A DNA stretch of 64,000 bases from Amoeboaphelidium protococcarum X5 (Eukaryota; Fungi; Aphelidiomycota), in contig JALDTO010000142.1 of NCBI GenBank assembly GCA_023515725.1, positions 620,001 through 684,000 of the forward strand, given 5' to 3'. Made by a program: the position numbers and the translations under genes. The notes under the pieces were generated by a model that worked only from the letters and a program-made list of their open reading frames with translations, searched no databases and was not told the origin of the DNA. Below, piece after piece: positions 28,089 through 41,052 of the stretch; position 1 is the stretch's first letter, and the number at the start of each line of letters is the position of its first letter.

Positions 28089-29243
28089 ATGAATAATAAT
28101 CACCTGGATCTGCTACCAGTCTTTACATTAGACGTTGACATGCCGCCTGCAATTTATAATTAAGTTTTAGGGTCGCATCAACCAAAGCTTGTTTTGGACG
28201 TTGAACATTCAGGATTAGATAGGATGGGTAAGTGGCGTGTTTAAATTATGCCGTTTCTCTAAGGTGACTCTGCATTTCAGTTCTGGGTAGAGTGTTTCGA
28301 AAGTTGTCCTGGTGATACAGTCAAAAAGCATCCGCTTGTATTTGCTATCTCATCTTGCTTTAAAAAAAAGAATAAGAGAAGTCTACTGAGAACTTCGTGT
28401 GCTTTCAATTTCATTGGACGTGACTCGCCTTTACAGAAAGCTATAGCAGGATCTAAGTGGGACTTTCATTATCCTGCGAGCCGCGGCTCTTTGCCTGTTA
28501 ACAAACAGTTCTCATTCCATGTTGTTTTGGCTGTAACGCGTTCGTCCTATAATTAATTTCTGCAAATTTATGAGTCGAATCACTCTATATTGTCTCTGGT
28601 TCATAATTTGTAAAATGATGATATCGTGAGAAGGATGGCCTCTTTTGATCAAACCATAACTTTGGTATTTGAGGATTATGAATGTTAAATGTCGCGTCTG
28701 CTATTTCTTTCACAAGTAGATGACGAGAATATCCTAAAATTGTTCCAAGATCCAAAGTAGAAAGTTTTAGATTTAAGCTTATATAGTGCGAATGTCGGAA
28801 AACTTGCATATTCTGCTTTAATAAATCGTAATAGTGTAAAAGCCCCTCTGGAGGATTTGTTCTAGCTTCTGCGGTTGGGAGGCTATTTGGATTCTAAACC
28901 GATTGTGTTTGCAGCGCTTAAAGGAATTTGGGATATGGCTACTTCCGCTAATGCATGCCGCATAGTGAGAGATTTGAACTATATTGGCGTGAATGAGCAC
29001 GCGATAAAGATTGCGGAAAGCTTGACGAGAAGATTTCCTTAGTGTTTTTATTAAGCAAATGTTATGCCCAAGGAAAATTCATTTCGCGACGATAATAAGC
29101 CGTCTATAGGGATCTCCCTACTTCGTATATGTATAAATTACACGTATAAATATAAACGTATATATACGTATACAAAATTTCGGCTTATACGAGTTCTATA
29201 TATACGGGCGTTGCACGTTGTAATCGCGCGCTGTAGATCATGA
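28089..29243 (+). CDS. Divergent MATH-BTB (SPOP-like) protein; original 3' end (29671-29729) displaced by a transposon
   Basis: About 340 TGA-free codons before the insertion; absent from the ORF track. The N-half is beta-rich (GKWRVQIMP..FQFWVEC). The C-half resembles BTB/BACK (ITLVFEDYECQMSRLLF..LEDLFQLLRLGGYLD..ANACRI). Domain call is by eye only. Confidence 0.55.
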
Positions 29244-29662
29244 ATGAACGGTCGTTTCACTTCTTCTTTATGTTTCCCGGCAGCGGAAGTTGTATGAGTT
29301 GAAGCAGAAGATGCAGCAGGCGAAGAACAATGAGATTAGAAACCTCAGTAGCCGCGGCTCATGGTGTTATTACATCATAGTACGCATATGAGTAAACCTC
29401 GTAATACTCGTTTCAGTCGCAAGCTTGCTATGACTGATATAACTTTCGTAATTAGGCGATTATTTGGAGAAGCTCGTCAATGGGCATGGTACATGGATAA
29501 CTGAAAATTTACTCTGTGATGTTCATATTTAAGCAGTAATAGTAAAGTGAATTAAAACTAAATATCTAAATTACATTCTATCTTCATATACATACACAAT
29601 ATACTGCATATACCGTATAATACGTATATGATTTTCCAATATACGTGTTTGGGAGAACCCTA
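29107..29662. mobile_element. Non-autonomous hAT-superfamily DNA transposon (MITE-like), 556 bp
   Basis: Terminal inverted repeats TAGGGATCTCCCTACTTCGTATAT and TAGGGTTCTCCCAAACACGTATAT match at 19 of 24 positions. Perfect 8-bp TSD GCCGTCTA at 29099-29106 and 29663-29670. Subterminal CGTATA/TATACG repeats at both ends. Confidence 0.9.
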
Positions 29663-30118
29663 GCCGTCTATTATCAAGTCGCGTCAGTCCAAAATCTAGA
29701 AGTTTTTAGGCAAACTCCGTCTGAACTGAATACCAATGTCTCCATGAAAGAATTATTTTGATATTTTTATCAATAGACTATATATCTTGTTTATCGTACA
29801 ATTTGATATTCAAGCGTGTGTGTGCTTGCTTGATCGAGATTGATTAAACACGGTCGGATTTAATTTATAAAGTTAGTCTTGGAACTTCTGTTATCATTGC
29901 AGACACACAGAATGCAAACCTGTAGTTTTAAGTATCTCGACTAATGCAGGCACCTTGAATGAAGTCGCGCGGCCGTTTTTGTTGACAATCTTGACATTTT
30001 AACCGTTTCTCGCCGCATTTACTCTTTTTATACTACCGTACTTTAACTACTGTAATTTTTATTCCCTTTTTTAAGTGTAGAATTTATTTAAAAATAATTT
30101 GGAGTGACCACTGCTGTT

Positions 30119-32875
30119 ATGAAGTATCTGACCCCTCGTCAAGTGCTGTCTATCAAGTCTTAGCTGACTGCTCTTAGTGATTCTGATTAGAAAGTGAAGG
30201 CGGCCTGTAGAAAGTCTATAAACTCTTACCAGATTTACATTGATTCCCTGCTGATGATCCATGATACTGCGAGCAATTAGACCGCGCCTGCTATTACCTC
30301 ATCCTCAAGTATATTGTCACCTTCATCATTGTCGTCGTCGTCAGAGGAATTAAAATTGGCGCATAATAAAGCCAGTGTTAATATCAGCAACGCATTGAGT
30401 ATAGTGGATGATGTTACCGTGGGGAATTTAATTCATGAAAATCTTTAACGTGTGGGAGGTGCTCTACAATAGCTGGCCAGCGTCTCAGTGTCATAGCAAA
30501 GTTAATTGGATTAGTTCAATTTAGCGCAGAGCAGTCTGTACAAATAGCTTTTACTTGAGTATTATGATGCTGTGCGTCTAATTGAAGCATACTCTTAGTA
30601 CATTAATAACATCGGATTTAAAGTGCATTAGATTTTAAATGGGGCACTGTAAGATTACCAATTCCAGTATCAGAGTAGGGACTCTTACCCATCAGATGCA
30701 GACGTAGAAGCGCAATTAAGGCGTCAACTGTCAAAGGGTGATGATGGCTCGGATAGTGAATATTTAGTTGAGGGTTTTTTCATGCTAAAGTATGAAGATT
30801 AACCAGAATTCCACCTCACATTCTGTTATTTGGACAATTGCAAGATTAAAGCTTGCCGTAGACTCAATGCTAATGATTCTCTTGTGGTTTTTGATTTGAG
30901 CACCGTGGATGGATTGGAAACTATTAATTCTAATGGATTCAAATTAAAAAATGCCTTGTTCATTAGTGTAGATGGTAATTTGTCTTTATGGCTTGATGCT
31001 TTACAGAAAGTGTTCCAATCTTCCTCTCATGAAATCCAGAGTTTACTGAATAGCTCTTCACTCAGTCGATCCCTATCATAGCATTCATACGGATCAAGTG
31101 GTTCTAAAGGTAGTGGTGCTTTGATGATTGGATATTTATCATCCTCTAAAGATCTGAGTAAGAATTCTACTTGGAAGTAGAACCGCTATCGATTACTTAA
31201 GGACTAGACATTGGTTTTAGCAGGCGATGAATCTTCGTATTCAGTTGTCGCCGATTTATCTAAACTGTCTTATCGTACAGCCGTATAGCCAGTTGATGAG
31301 AGTATATGTAAGCGTCGCTTGGTGTTTTCTATTCGCTTAAGCAAACAAAAGTGCTTATATTTTGCTGCTGCCGATACCTTGTCGTACAGACGATGGATTC
31401 TGGCTCTTAAATGTGCTGTTGGTCCTTCGATCAAAGAGTAGAAGATTAGAGGAGTCAAGTCTCTCCACCTCCGTCTAGTTGAAGCGAAAGGAGTTCCCGT
31501 GCAGTCTGATGTTTATCTGATGGTATACTTAAATGATGAGCTCATTTGCCAGTCTAATGTCCGCAAAAATCATGGTGGTAATCCATTTTGGCGTGAAGAC
31601 TTTTATTTTGATGATATTGAGGGTATTTAATTCATGCGAATCGCCCTTATGCAGAAGCACAAGATTAACAAAGATTCAGAGTACGGCTCTATTTTGCTGA
31701 GTAATATTCAGTACGGGGAAGCTGATGCTTGGTACTCTTTGATATCTCTCAATTCTTCCTTGTCATCATCATCATCAAGTCAGATCCTATCTGCTTCTGG
31801 CGATTCCTTGTCTAGTAATGCTAATCTACACAGCTCTAGGGGACAGATGAAACTGTACTTTGTTTACAAAGATCAGCTCATTCTCCCATTGTAGGCCTAC
31901 AAGTGTTATTTGGATTTACTTTTGGATACTAAGACTTCGATTGTTTATCCGCTATCCTCTATAGCAGCTGACTTGGAGAAGATTGCTGAAATTCTGCTGG
32001 GTATACACTGCTGCAACTAGTAAGCTATAAAATGGATAACACAGCTGATTTCCAATGAAGTGGAGAATACTGAGAATATGAATGTTTTATTCCGTGGCAA
32101 CTCTCTGCTCACTAAAGCTCTTGACGCGTACATGAAACTGATCGGTTCTGATTATCTGAGATCAACGCTTGGAAGTATATTGAATTAGATCTGCGTCGAC
32201 AAGGTCCACATTGAACTTGACTCTACTCGCTTAGGTGATAGCAGCAGTAGTAGTAATGCCAATGATGATACTGATGCAAAATAAATGCTGGATCGCTGTT
32301 ATCGATATGCTTAATCTATCTGGGTGGCCATACGGGATTCCGTACCGAATATGCCTATTGAACTGAGAGTGATTTTCAATTTCATTCAACAAAGTGTAAT
32401 GAAGAGATTTGGCACCACATAGAAATAGTACAATCCAGTAGTGTACACGTCTGTTAGTGGATTCATATTTTTGAGACTTTATTGTCCCGCGATATTGAAT
32501 CCTAAACTATTCAATCTGACCAGAGACTATCCTGATCAAAGGACAACTCGTTCTCTGACTCTGTTGGCCAAAATCATGCAATGTCTGGCAAATCTGGCTA
32601 ATTTTGGTGTAAAAGAGCCGTACATGCTGGAAATGAACATGTTCATAATGGAAAATTCTTCACAAGTCATGGAATTTATTGACGAGATTTCTACTCTTCC
32701 TTCTGGGATGAATTTTGAAAATATTGACAAGAATTATGGCCTGGATCAAGAGCGTTATTTGGCGCGGTTTCATCAGTATCTGATTGAGCGAAAGTCCACT
32801 TTTGATGCTGAGCCAGAATTGAAAAGGATTATGCGGCATTGCGATAAAGTGGAAGAATACATTGGGAATGTATGA
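30119..32875 (+). CDS. Ras GTPase-activating protein (helical N-terminus, PH, PH, C2, RasGAP), 918 aa
   Basis: FRGNSLLTKALD arginine finger, FIFLRLYCPAILNPKLF, C2 domain (LHLRLVEAKGVP..PFWREDF) and two PH-like segments ending WLDALQ and RWILALK. Confidence 0.9.
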
Positions 32876-32910
32876 TTCAATTAGATGATAAATTAATACA
32901 TGTACTGTAT

Positions 32911-33809
32911 TCACTGTACAAAGTGTGTGTAATCCTGGTTGATGTCCGCCCCGACCGTTTCATCATCTTCAATTCCCAGCTCCTCCTACACACGTACGCA
33001 GCAGCAATATCATTAATGTATAAGTAAGGGGAATGAAACGCTAAAAAAGATTTTTACAAATAATTCCTTGGGTTTAATACCACCACTCTCAGTAATTGCA
33101 CTGATAATGTCCTTAAACATCTTCTTCCGTTTACGCCAAGCTTTTCTCATCTCGTCATACTGCGCATCTACGCGCTTCCTTTCCTCATCACTGACCATTG
33201 CAGTTCCGTCGCGTAAAACATTCAGTTTCGCCTCATTCTTGGCCGACTACATTAAAGACACATGAGACACGCGTAAGACGTTCACTTACTTTTTAATCTC
33301 TGGTGAAAGAACTGTAAAAAGTACCTCAGATTCCAGCTCTTCAAGACGAAGTTTAATATTATCGTTGGTCAGAGTACTCGTCAAATTGTTCAGAGTCTGT
33401 GTGTCTTGCTTGACATTTTCCTTCATTTATGCTACCTGCTCTTTAATTTCTTGCAGTTTCAAGTCCAAATCTTCCATTTCTTCTTTCGAGATTCCTTCCA
33501 TGCCCTCCACATCTTGACGCGTCAGATAGACAATCTGCTTCCCATTAACTTTATGGCTGAGTTGGCCGTTTTCCTGAAGAGACGCCAGAATTTTAGTGAC
33601 TGCAGTCTTTCCAATCTCTCCCTTCAGATTGTTGCATACGTCAGTCGCACTGTAAGGACGGTTAGTCTGCTTCAAGTACTGCAAGATTTTCTGTTCTACA
33701 CTTTTACACACGAAAAGGGACATTACATTGTCATTTACGATTCGTCATTGTGATATAAATACATACCGTCATTAGATAAACTGCCAGATTTCTTGCTAGG
33801 TTTAGTCAT
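32911..33809 (-). CDS. HOP2: Meiotic recombination protein Hop2/TBPIP; introns 33696-33766, 33247-33324, 32986-33057
   Basis: ILQYLKQTNRPYSATDV, GKTAVTKIL, GKQIVY winged helix, coiled coil and WRKRKKMFKDI..ELFEELGIEDD. Confidence 0.9.
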
Positions 33810-34077
33810 TCTGATTGATTATTCAACAATATACAGTAAAAATATACCAACACGCGCGCTAAACTTGTTTGAACGTTGTCTTTTGAGGGAAAGAAGAGGC
33901 GACATTCAGCAGTTGAAACAGACATGAAAGAGTGCTTTGTGCAGAACAGCAGTAAGATTCTGTCGTTGAAACGCGGTCGATTGCGAGTTTTATGTAGAAA
34001 TGAAACTGTTTTCCTAGTAGAAGAGTTCAATTGCATAAACACGTCAAAAAAAATGTAATCAAAGTTCATTCATTTGT

Positions 34078-34518
34078 TCATTTTATACTCAACTTTATAA
34101 TGCGTTCTCGAATCTAAGTATCAAAAGTTTCAGATCTGATGGGCATTTCAGGAGAATAGAATGGATTCTTCATGGCAAAGTCTGCGTAAATCTCATAAAT
34201 ACGCTTTAAACAGAGTTCAGCATTCTGAGGCGCATAATTAACGGCACAAGTGAGTATAAACTTTATTCCAGTCAACGTGGCTAGACAATGCAAACGGAAA
34301 GTGTCAGTCTCCAACACTTCAATTCCATAGTTCTTCTAATCAGTCGGAGCATTGACACATAACCGCGTGGTGATTGCATTCAGACCATGAAACATTCCAG
34401 CCATCACCAGATACTCATTGGAACTAAGCTTCGGGTGTCCACTGGCGCCATCCTCAGTCAGCGCCGTGTTATAAATCAAACCACCAGACTTGTTCACAAT
34501 CATTAAATAGTACAACAT
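34078..34518 (-). CDS. TRS23: TRAPP complex subunit Trs23/TRAPPC4 (sybindin family)
   Basis: [31 protein letters not shown] and [18 protein letters not shown] motifs. Confidence 0.92.
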
Positions 34519-34913
34519 AATATATATGGAGATTAGAGCGATATTATCCTCCGAATTAAGTAATAATAAAGAATGTCAAATTTGAATTATGATTTACTTT
34601 GATCTACACTGAATTAGACAATCGTCCCCAATAGTTACTGTACTTCGCAGTGTCGAAGCGGTTCAGGTGATGAATTGTGTTGTCGTTCCGCGTTGAGGAA
34701 CTTTCGTTTCTTTCGTTCTTCTTCTCTGTTTCTGTTCGTCTATTATTACTAGTCGTTTAGTCAGTCAATTGGAGAGAAGCATTATTATACCAGCTATTTT
34801 ATCATTTGGCTCATAAATATTTGCTGAGTATAATTAATCAACATCAATTAGTTTCTCTCACTTTATAACATCTAAGAATTAATTGATCCGTAAAGACTAC
34901 TTTGACTTAAAAT

Positions 34914-35593
<680 letters not shown>

Positions 35594-35707
35594 TCTAACT
35601 TTGAAGATATGATATGCAGCGTCTCTTTGGAGGTGTTAATTAGTAAGCGTGTGTCTGTGTGCAACAGGTGTATTAAATGGAGTTTATATTTTTCAAATGT
35701 ACCTGCG

Positions 35708-38092
35708 TCACTACTTCTGCTCCTTTTTTTACTATGATGTCTACCATTACAAGTACTCTTGGTGCAGCTTCTTCTGCAGCTCTTGCTCCTTGATGAGTTT
35801 CTTACGCCTAGACTTTCCAATTTCAACACCTTCTGCATCCGCAGTCGGGATACCATCAGCATCCCATTGGGAGTATTGATCAGTCTTGAACAAATCTTCA
35901 GGCTTAGTTTTGCCTTTCTGCAGCTTCTCCATCAACTTCTGTTAGGCCAATTACGCCTGCATTTCCTTAGCCTTCTTCTTCTCCTACTCCTTAGCTAATT
36001 TATCCTACAACTCTTACTGCAACAATTTCGGATCCTTGAGTTTAATCATATACTTTCCACCATCTTTATCTTCCAACTACACACCAAGAGCAGGCAGATC
36101 TTGATCACGGAGTTAATCAGAGAGATTAAGAAGGTCCTAAAAGATCTGACGCGCCTTTACCAAGTCCTCCTATTTAAGAGCCGCTATTCCCTGCGCGATA
36201 ATAGAGCGATTCTCACTTCTATAATTAGCGAGCGCAGTCAGGTAAGGAAGTACCAAATCGTCTTTAGATTAAGAGTTTTGAGAATCATTGGAACTAATTC
36301 CAGCTGCAGACTCTCCAAACGTCTGTAATCCAAACACGGACAACATTCGCTGGATGTAAGAAGCAACTGATGTCAAAACTTCAACATTAGGCTGCATCTT
36401 TGATTGCTCTTTCTGAGCAATGTATAAATTCGTTTTACTCACAAGATCCAGCAATTCCTTAATCACCAATGGCGTGTTAAGGTTGTCACACAATGCCTCA
36501 CGAACAGCAGTCTACTTGACGTAAAGCCCTTCAATCAACTCACGTTCCCCATCATTGAAATTATGACCAGGCGCCGATTGATTTCCATCATTAACAGACA
36601 AATTAACCTGGGACATCTTGTGTTGTAACTACCAAGCACGGACATTAGTCAAATACTTTCTCAAAGTAGCCTCTGCTGCCTAAACTTCATTCATTGATGA
36701 CGTCTTATAGTCGAGAACTGAATTCCACGGGTGTAACAGGAATAGCAATCGAATCTGATCGGGTGTGTACTACTTCAATGCATCTTGGATGGTGATGAAG
36801 TTCTTTAGACTTTTCGACATTTTAAGACCCTCAATGTGCAGGTGGCCGGCATGCAGGAAATAGTTCACCCACTGCTGGCACTCATAATGCGCTTCAGATT
36901 GCGCCAACTCATTGTCATGATGAGGGAAACACAGATCAATTCCACCGCTATGAATATCCATCTACTAGCCGAGAACATGACTTGCCATGGCTGAGCACTC
37001 AATATGCCAACCAGGCCTACCTCGTCCCCACTTCGACTCCCAGAACGGTTCCCCAGGCTTTGATGCCTTCCATAGAGCAAAATCTTGAGGAGACCTTTTA
37101 CCAGACGTGGTTGTACTACTCAGGGCACCTTCACCTTCATTCAAAAGACTGGCGTTACCTTGGGATTATGGCGAGATTTTAGCATACTGATGTGACTGCT
37201 TATACTTTTGCACGTCAAAATAAACATTTCCATCACTCTCATACGCATATCCATTCTGTATAATCTTGTCCACAAAATCAATAATCTCCGGCACGTACTC
37301 TGTCACACGAGTCAACACATCAGGGCCTTGAACATTCAGAGCCTTCATACCTTTAAAGTAATCTCCTTCCCAGAACACGGCCAGAGATTTGAAGATGTGA
37401 TGATCAGTCACGCCGCTTCCCTTTTCAGAGTCCAGATGAGCGGCAATAATATCCTTCGCAGTATCCAGCAGGGACGTGAATTACGCACGATCTGAATAAT
37501 CAGTCTACTTAAGAGCTTCGCTCACAGCCACGATTAAACTCTTGCGCATCACATACTTCTCACCGACAGCCAGAGACAGTTCCTAATCCTTTGACTTGAG
37601 TTGATTAACAATAGAGTCAACGGTAAGACTGACCGCAGATTAATCGCCACTCGTATTGGGAGTATCTGCACCATTCACCTTATAAAGTAGATTAGAACGC
37701 GCATAGTTGATCAGCAGTTGTTCAATGTGGCCTCCAACCTGACGCCATTCTACATGGTCTTACTTCTACAACACCTACGCTTTGTACTCGTCAAAGAGAT
37801 AATTTTAACGAGCGCGCAATATAATCTTGTCATCAATATCCGTAATATTCATAACCTGGTACACATCGTACTTGAAGTAGTCAGAGAGAACGCGCCGCAT
37901 AATGTCAAATGTCAAGTACGCCCGCGCATGGCCCATGTGGCTAGCATCATACACGGTCGGACCGCACTAATACCAGGTGACTCTGTTGCCTCTAATCGGA
38001 ATGAATACCTCCTTCTTCTTGGTCAGGGAATTGTACAACTTCAACTAAGTAGTCTAACTAGCGCTCACTGTCGGTCTTATCCAGTCGGTCAT
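35708..38092 (-). CDS. CARS: Cysteinyl-tRNA synthetase (cytosolic)
   Basis: [54 protein letters not shown] and KMSKS motifs. Confidence 0.96.
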
Positions 38093-38212
38093 TGTTCTCT
38101 TTAACATTCGCTCGCTCGCTCTTTGTTAAACTGAAAGAGAGAACTCGGCCACGGCTCACAACGTGTTAAAAGCAAATACAATAATAATATTTTTAATACA
38201 GAAAGAACGCAA

Positions 38213-39598
38213 TCAAGTGTATTAACTCAGAAATCGCTTAAAGTATTCAACAGTTTCTGCAATGCCTTGCTGAGTGCTAAATTTAGGAGTCCATCCCAAC
38301 TAAGTTTTGGCACGAGTAATATCTGGTCTTCTCTTCTACGGATCATCTTTTGCAGCTTCCAAATTCACAATCTTGGCATCTTTATTAATTTGATCTCGAA
38401 TGAGACGGGCAAAGTTCATTATAGAGTATTCATCAGGATTACCAATATTCACAGGTTCGCTGAAGTTTGCATTCATCAGAGCAATCAGGCCATCCACCAA
38501 GTCATGTACATACTGGAAGGATCTAGTCTGCTCACCTTGTCCGTACACTGTGAGATCTTCTCCTTTGAGAGCTTGCATTATGAAATTACTCACCACCCTT
38601 CCATCGTGTTCATTCATTCGCGGCCCATAAGTATTAAATATTCTAGCCACGCGTACATCAACATTATCTTATTTAGCATACGCATATGTCAAAGTCTCCG
38701 CGACTCTTTTCCCTTCATCATAACACGCACGTGGACCAATTGGATTAACATGACCCCAATAGTCTTCAGTCTGTGGGTGAATCTCTGGATCGCCATAAAC
38801 CTCAGATGTAGAAGCTAGTAGAAATCGAGCCTTGACGCGTTTCGCCAGTCCAAGCATATTAATAGTCCCCATAACGCTGGTTTTAACAGTCTTGATAGGA
38901 TTATACTAATAATGCGGTGGGGATGCAGGACACGCTAGATGATAGATCTGATCCACCTCAATCATGAACGGATCAACGACATCGTGCCTAATAAGCTCAA
39001 AATTAGGATGTCCAAGCCAATGCTCCACGTTCCTCTTATTACCCGTGAAGAAGTTGTCAACAACAACCACCTGGTGTCCCATCAACATCAATCTGTCAAC
39101 AAGATGACTTCCCACAAAGCCGGCACCACCAGTCACCAGAATTCTATTCTACGAGGACGGTGATAATAGTTTTACCGGAGGATAATCTCTCACAGACTGT
39201 ATCTTTAAGACCTTTTGATCCGCATTGCCATCTTAGTTGCTGCCATTGTCGTAAAGTTTCATAAAGTACAAACTCTATAACATTGTCAGTTCGAATTAAC
39301 TCCCATATCGCTCATCGCCAACAGCTTGCACCATATCCTCGGTGGAAGCCTACTACTCGGAATCGTCCTTCTTAATAGTCACCGGAGCCCGTAAAGTGTC
39401 TTCAATCAATTCTTCTTATGACTTATCTATGGCTCTCATTTGCATTCTCTCAGCAGTACCAGATGAAGCTGCAGATTCAAAATCCACGTCTTGTTGCTCT
39501 TGTTCTCTTTGCGCCAATGGCTGGGTCGTGCCAAAACTCATAAAGAAAAACATGAAAGCCGCCCAAATGACCACTATGGGCAAGTACCTCTTCAACAT
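38213..39598 (-). CDS. UXS1: UDP-glucuronate decarboxylase (UDP-xylose synthase) with N-terminal TM anchor
   Basis: [39 protein letters not shown] and RIFNTYGP, preceded by an N-terminal hydrophobic helix and stem. Confidence 0.95.
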
Positions 39599-39950
39599 TC
39601 TCTACTTCTTAATAATAATAATGATGATTGACAAAATTTGTACTACAGAGACTGTACGGAAAATGTGATGGTGGCAAATAAAGAGTTCAATATGACATTT
39701 AATGGACCAAATTAAAGCAAAGGCTTTATCCGAAACGGGAAAGACTTACGCGTTTTGAAACGGCATTTCTGTGGAGACAGGTGAAACAATTTTAAATAAA
39801 GAAATTACACTGAGCAGCAGATGAATACTGTACTACTTACTGTACGTGGAACGCGTAAAGTCAAATGTAAACATGATGGTATAATAACCAGACAATATAT
39901 TTTATTCTATAAAGGAATAGGCAGGTGGGTAGATACGTGCACAATGAAAA

Positions 39951-40697
39951 TCAGAATACAAAAATGCCGAGAAATGTGAACCCAGCCATGAATATCAGAC
40001 TGATGATGAGCCAGAGAAATGCCCAGCCTTGTGCAGGGAGACACTTGCATAGCTTTGAGAATTTATAAGGATCAGAATCTTCAATACTCTGGGAGAAAAT
40101 TAGTGACTCAAAATCCAGGAGTGAATTGAGACAGCACAGCGTACCCAGGAACAGTATGAAGAATGTCAAATAGTACGCATCCTATATCAACCAGAACATT
40201 ACAATGAGTCCAATGTAGAATACAGAAATTAAACGCGCAATCCATCCCTTTGCGTAGTAGAGCATTATGAGCAAGAAGACGCCTATAACTATAGAGACAA
40301 TCTTTGACGCGAGCACATTGAACGCACAAAACAACATTATACCTCCATAGAATGCAGTCCCAATATAACCGGCAGGGAGTGTAACATACTAATTTCCACC
40401 TTGAATCACAGTAGCACCTGCCGTGTTTGCTTCAATTGTTATTGATTTAATTTTACCTCCTGTTAACACGGCAGCCATTCCATGACCAGCCACTTCATGA
40501 ATGCTGGTGTTGAATAGTTTACATGGTAGCAGAAGGTATTTCAACAGAGGGAAATTCCATAAAACAATAAGAATCGCGCTATAGATGGCCATCATTTTCA
40601 AAAGCCATATCTCATGATCATTCAAACTAGTCGATCCCACAGTCCCATTATCCGCACTGGTAACAAGCGTTAAATCAGGTATTGCTATAACAGGCAT
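39951..40697 (-). CDS. Peptidase M50B-like polytopic membrane protein
   Basis: PCKLFNTSIHEVAGHGMAAVLTGGKIKSI, LPAGYIG and SDPYKF followed by TM helices. Confidence 0.8.
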
Positions 40698-41052
40698 CTT
40701 CAAAAAATCAATATTCTACTTTAATTGTCAATTACAGGATTGAATAGAATTAAAGGCTGTTGAAAGTGAATAGGAAGCTTGAATTAGAAACTCTGCGTCT
40801 GTATTGAGGCCAATCAAAGGGGCGCCAAGCCTTCGATCCGCCACTCCCGCAGGTTGGGATTGGACCGTATAGCTCGAAATAGTAACTTGACTGGTGAAGC
40901 CTCAAAAATCGATTGAAGCATTTAAATACACGCGTCATTCGCTGTGAAAACTCCAATTATGAACGTCTTTGTTTCAACACTACGTTCCTTCCACTCGATT
41001 ATATTTTATTCAACAATTATTTTTGAAGATTGCAACAGTAATAGTAGTAATA

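Noticed and set aside
29388-29504. Transposase remnant inside the MITE (MSKPRNTRF...RRLFGEAR)
   Set aside because: Only ~38 codons with no convincing catalytic or dimerisation motif; it cannot be supported without a search.
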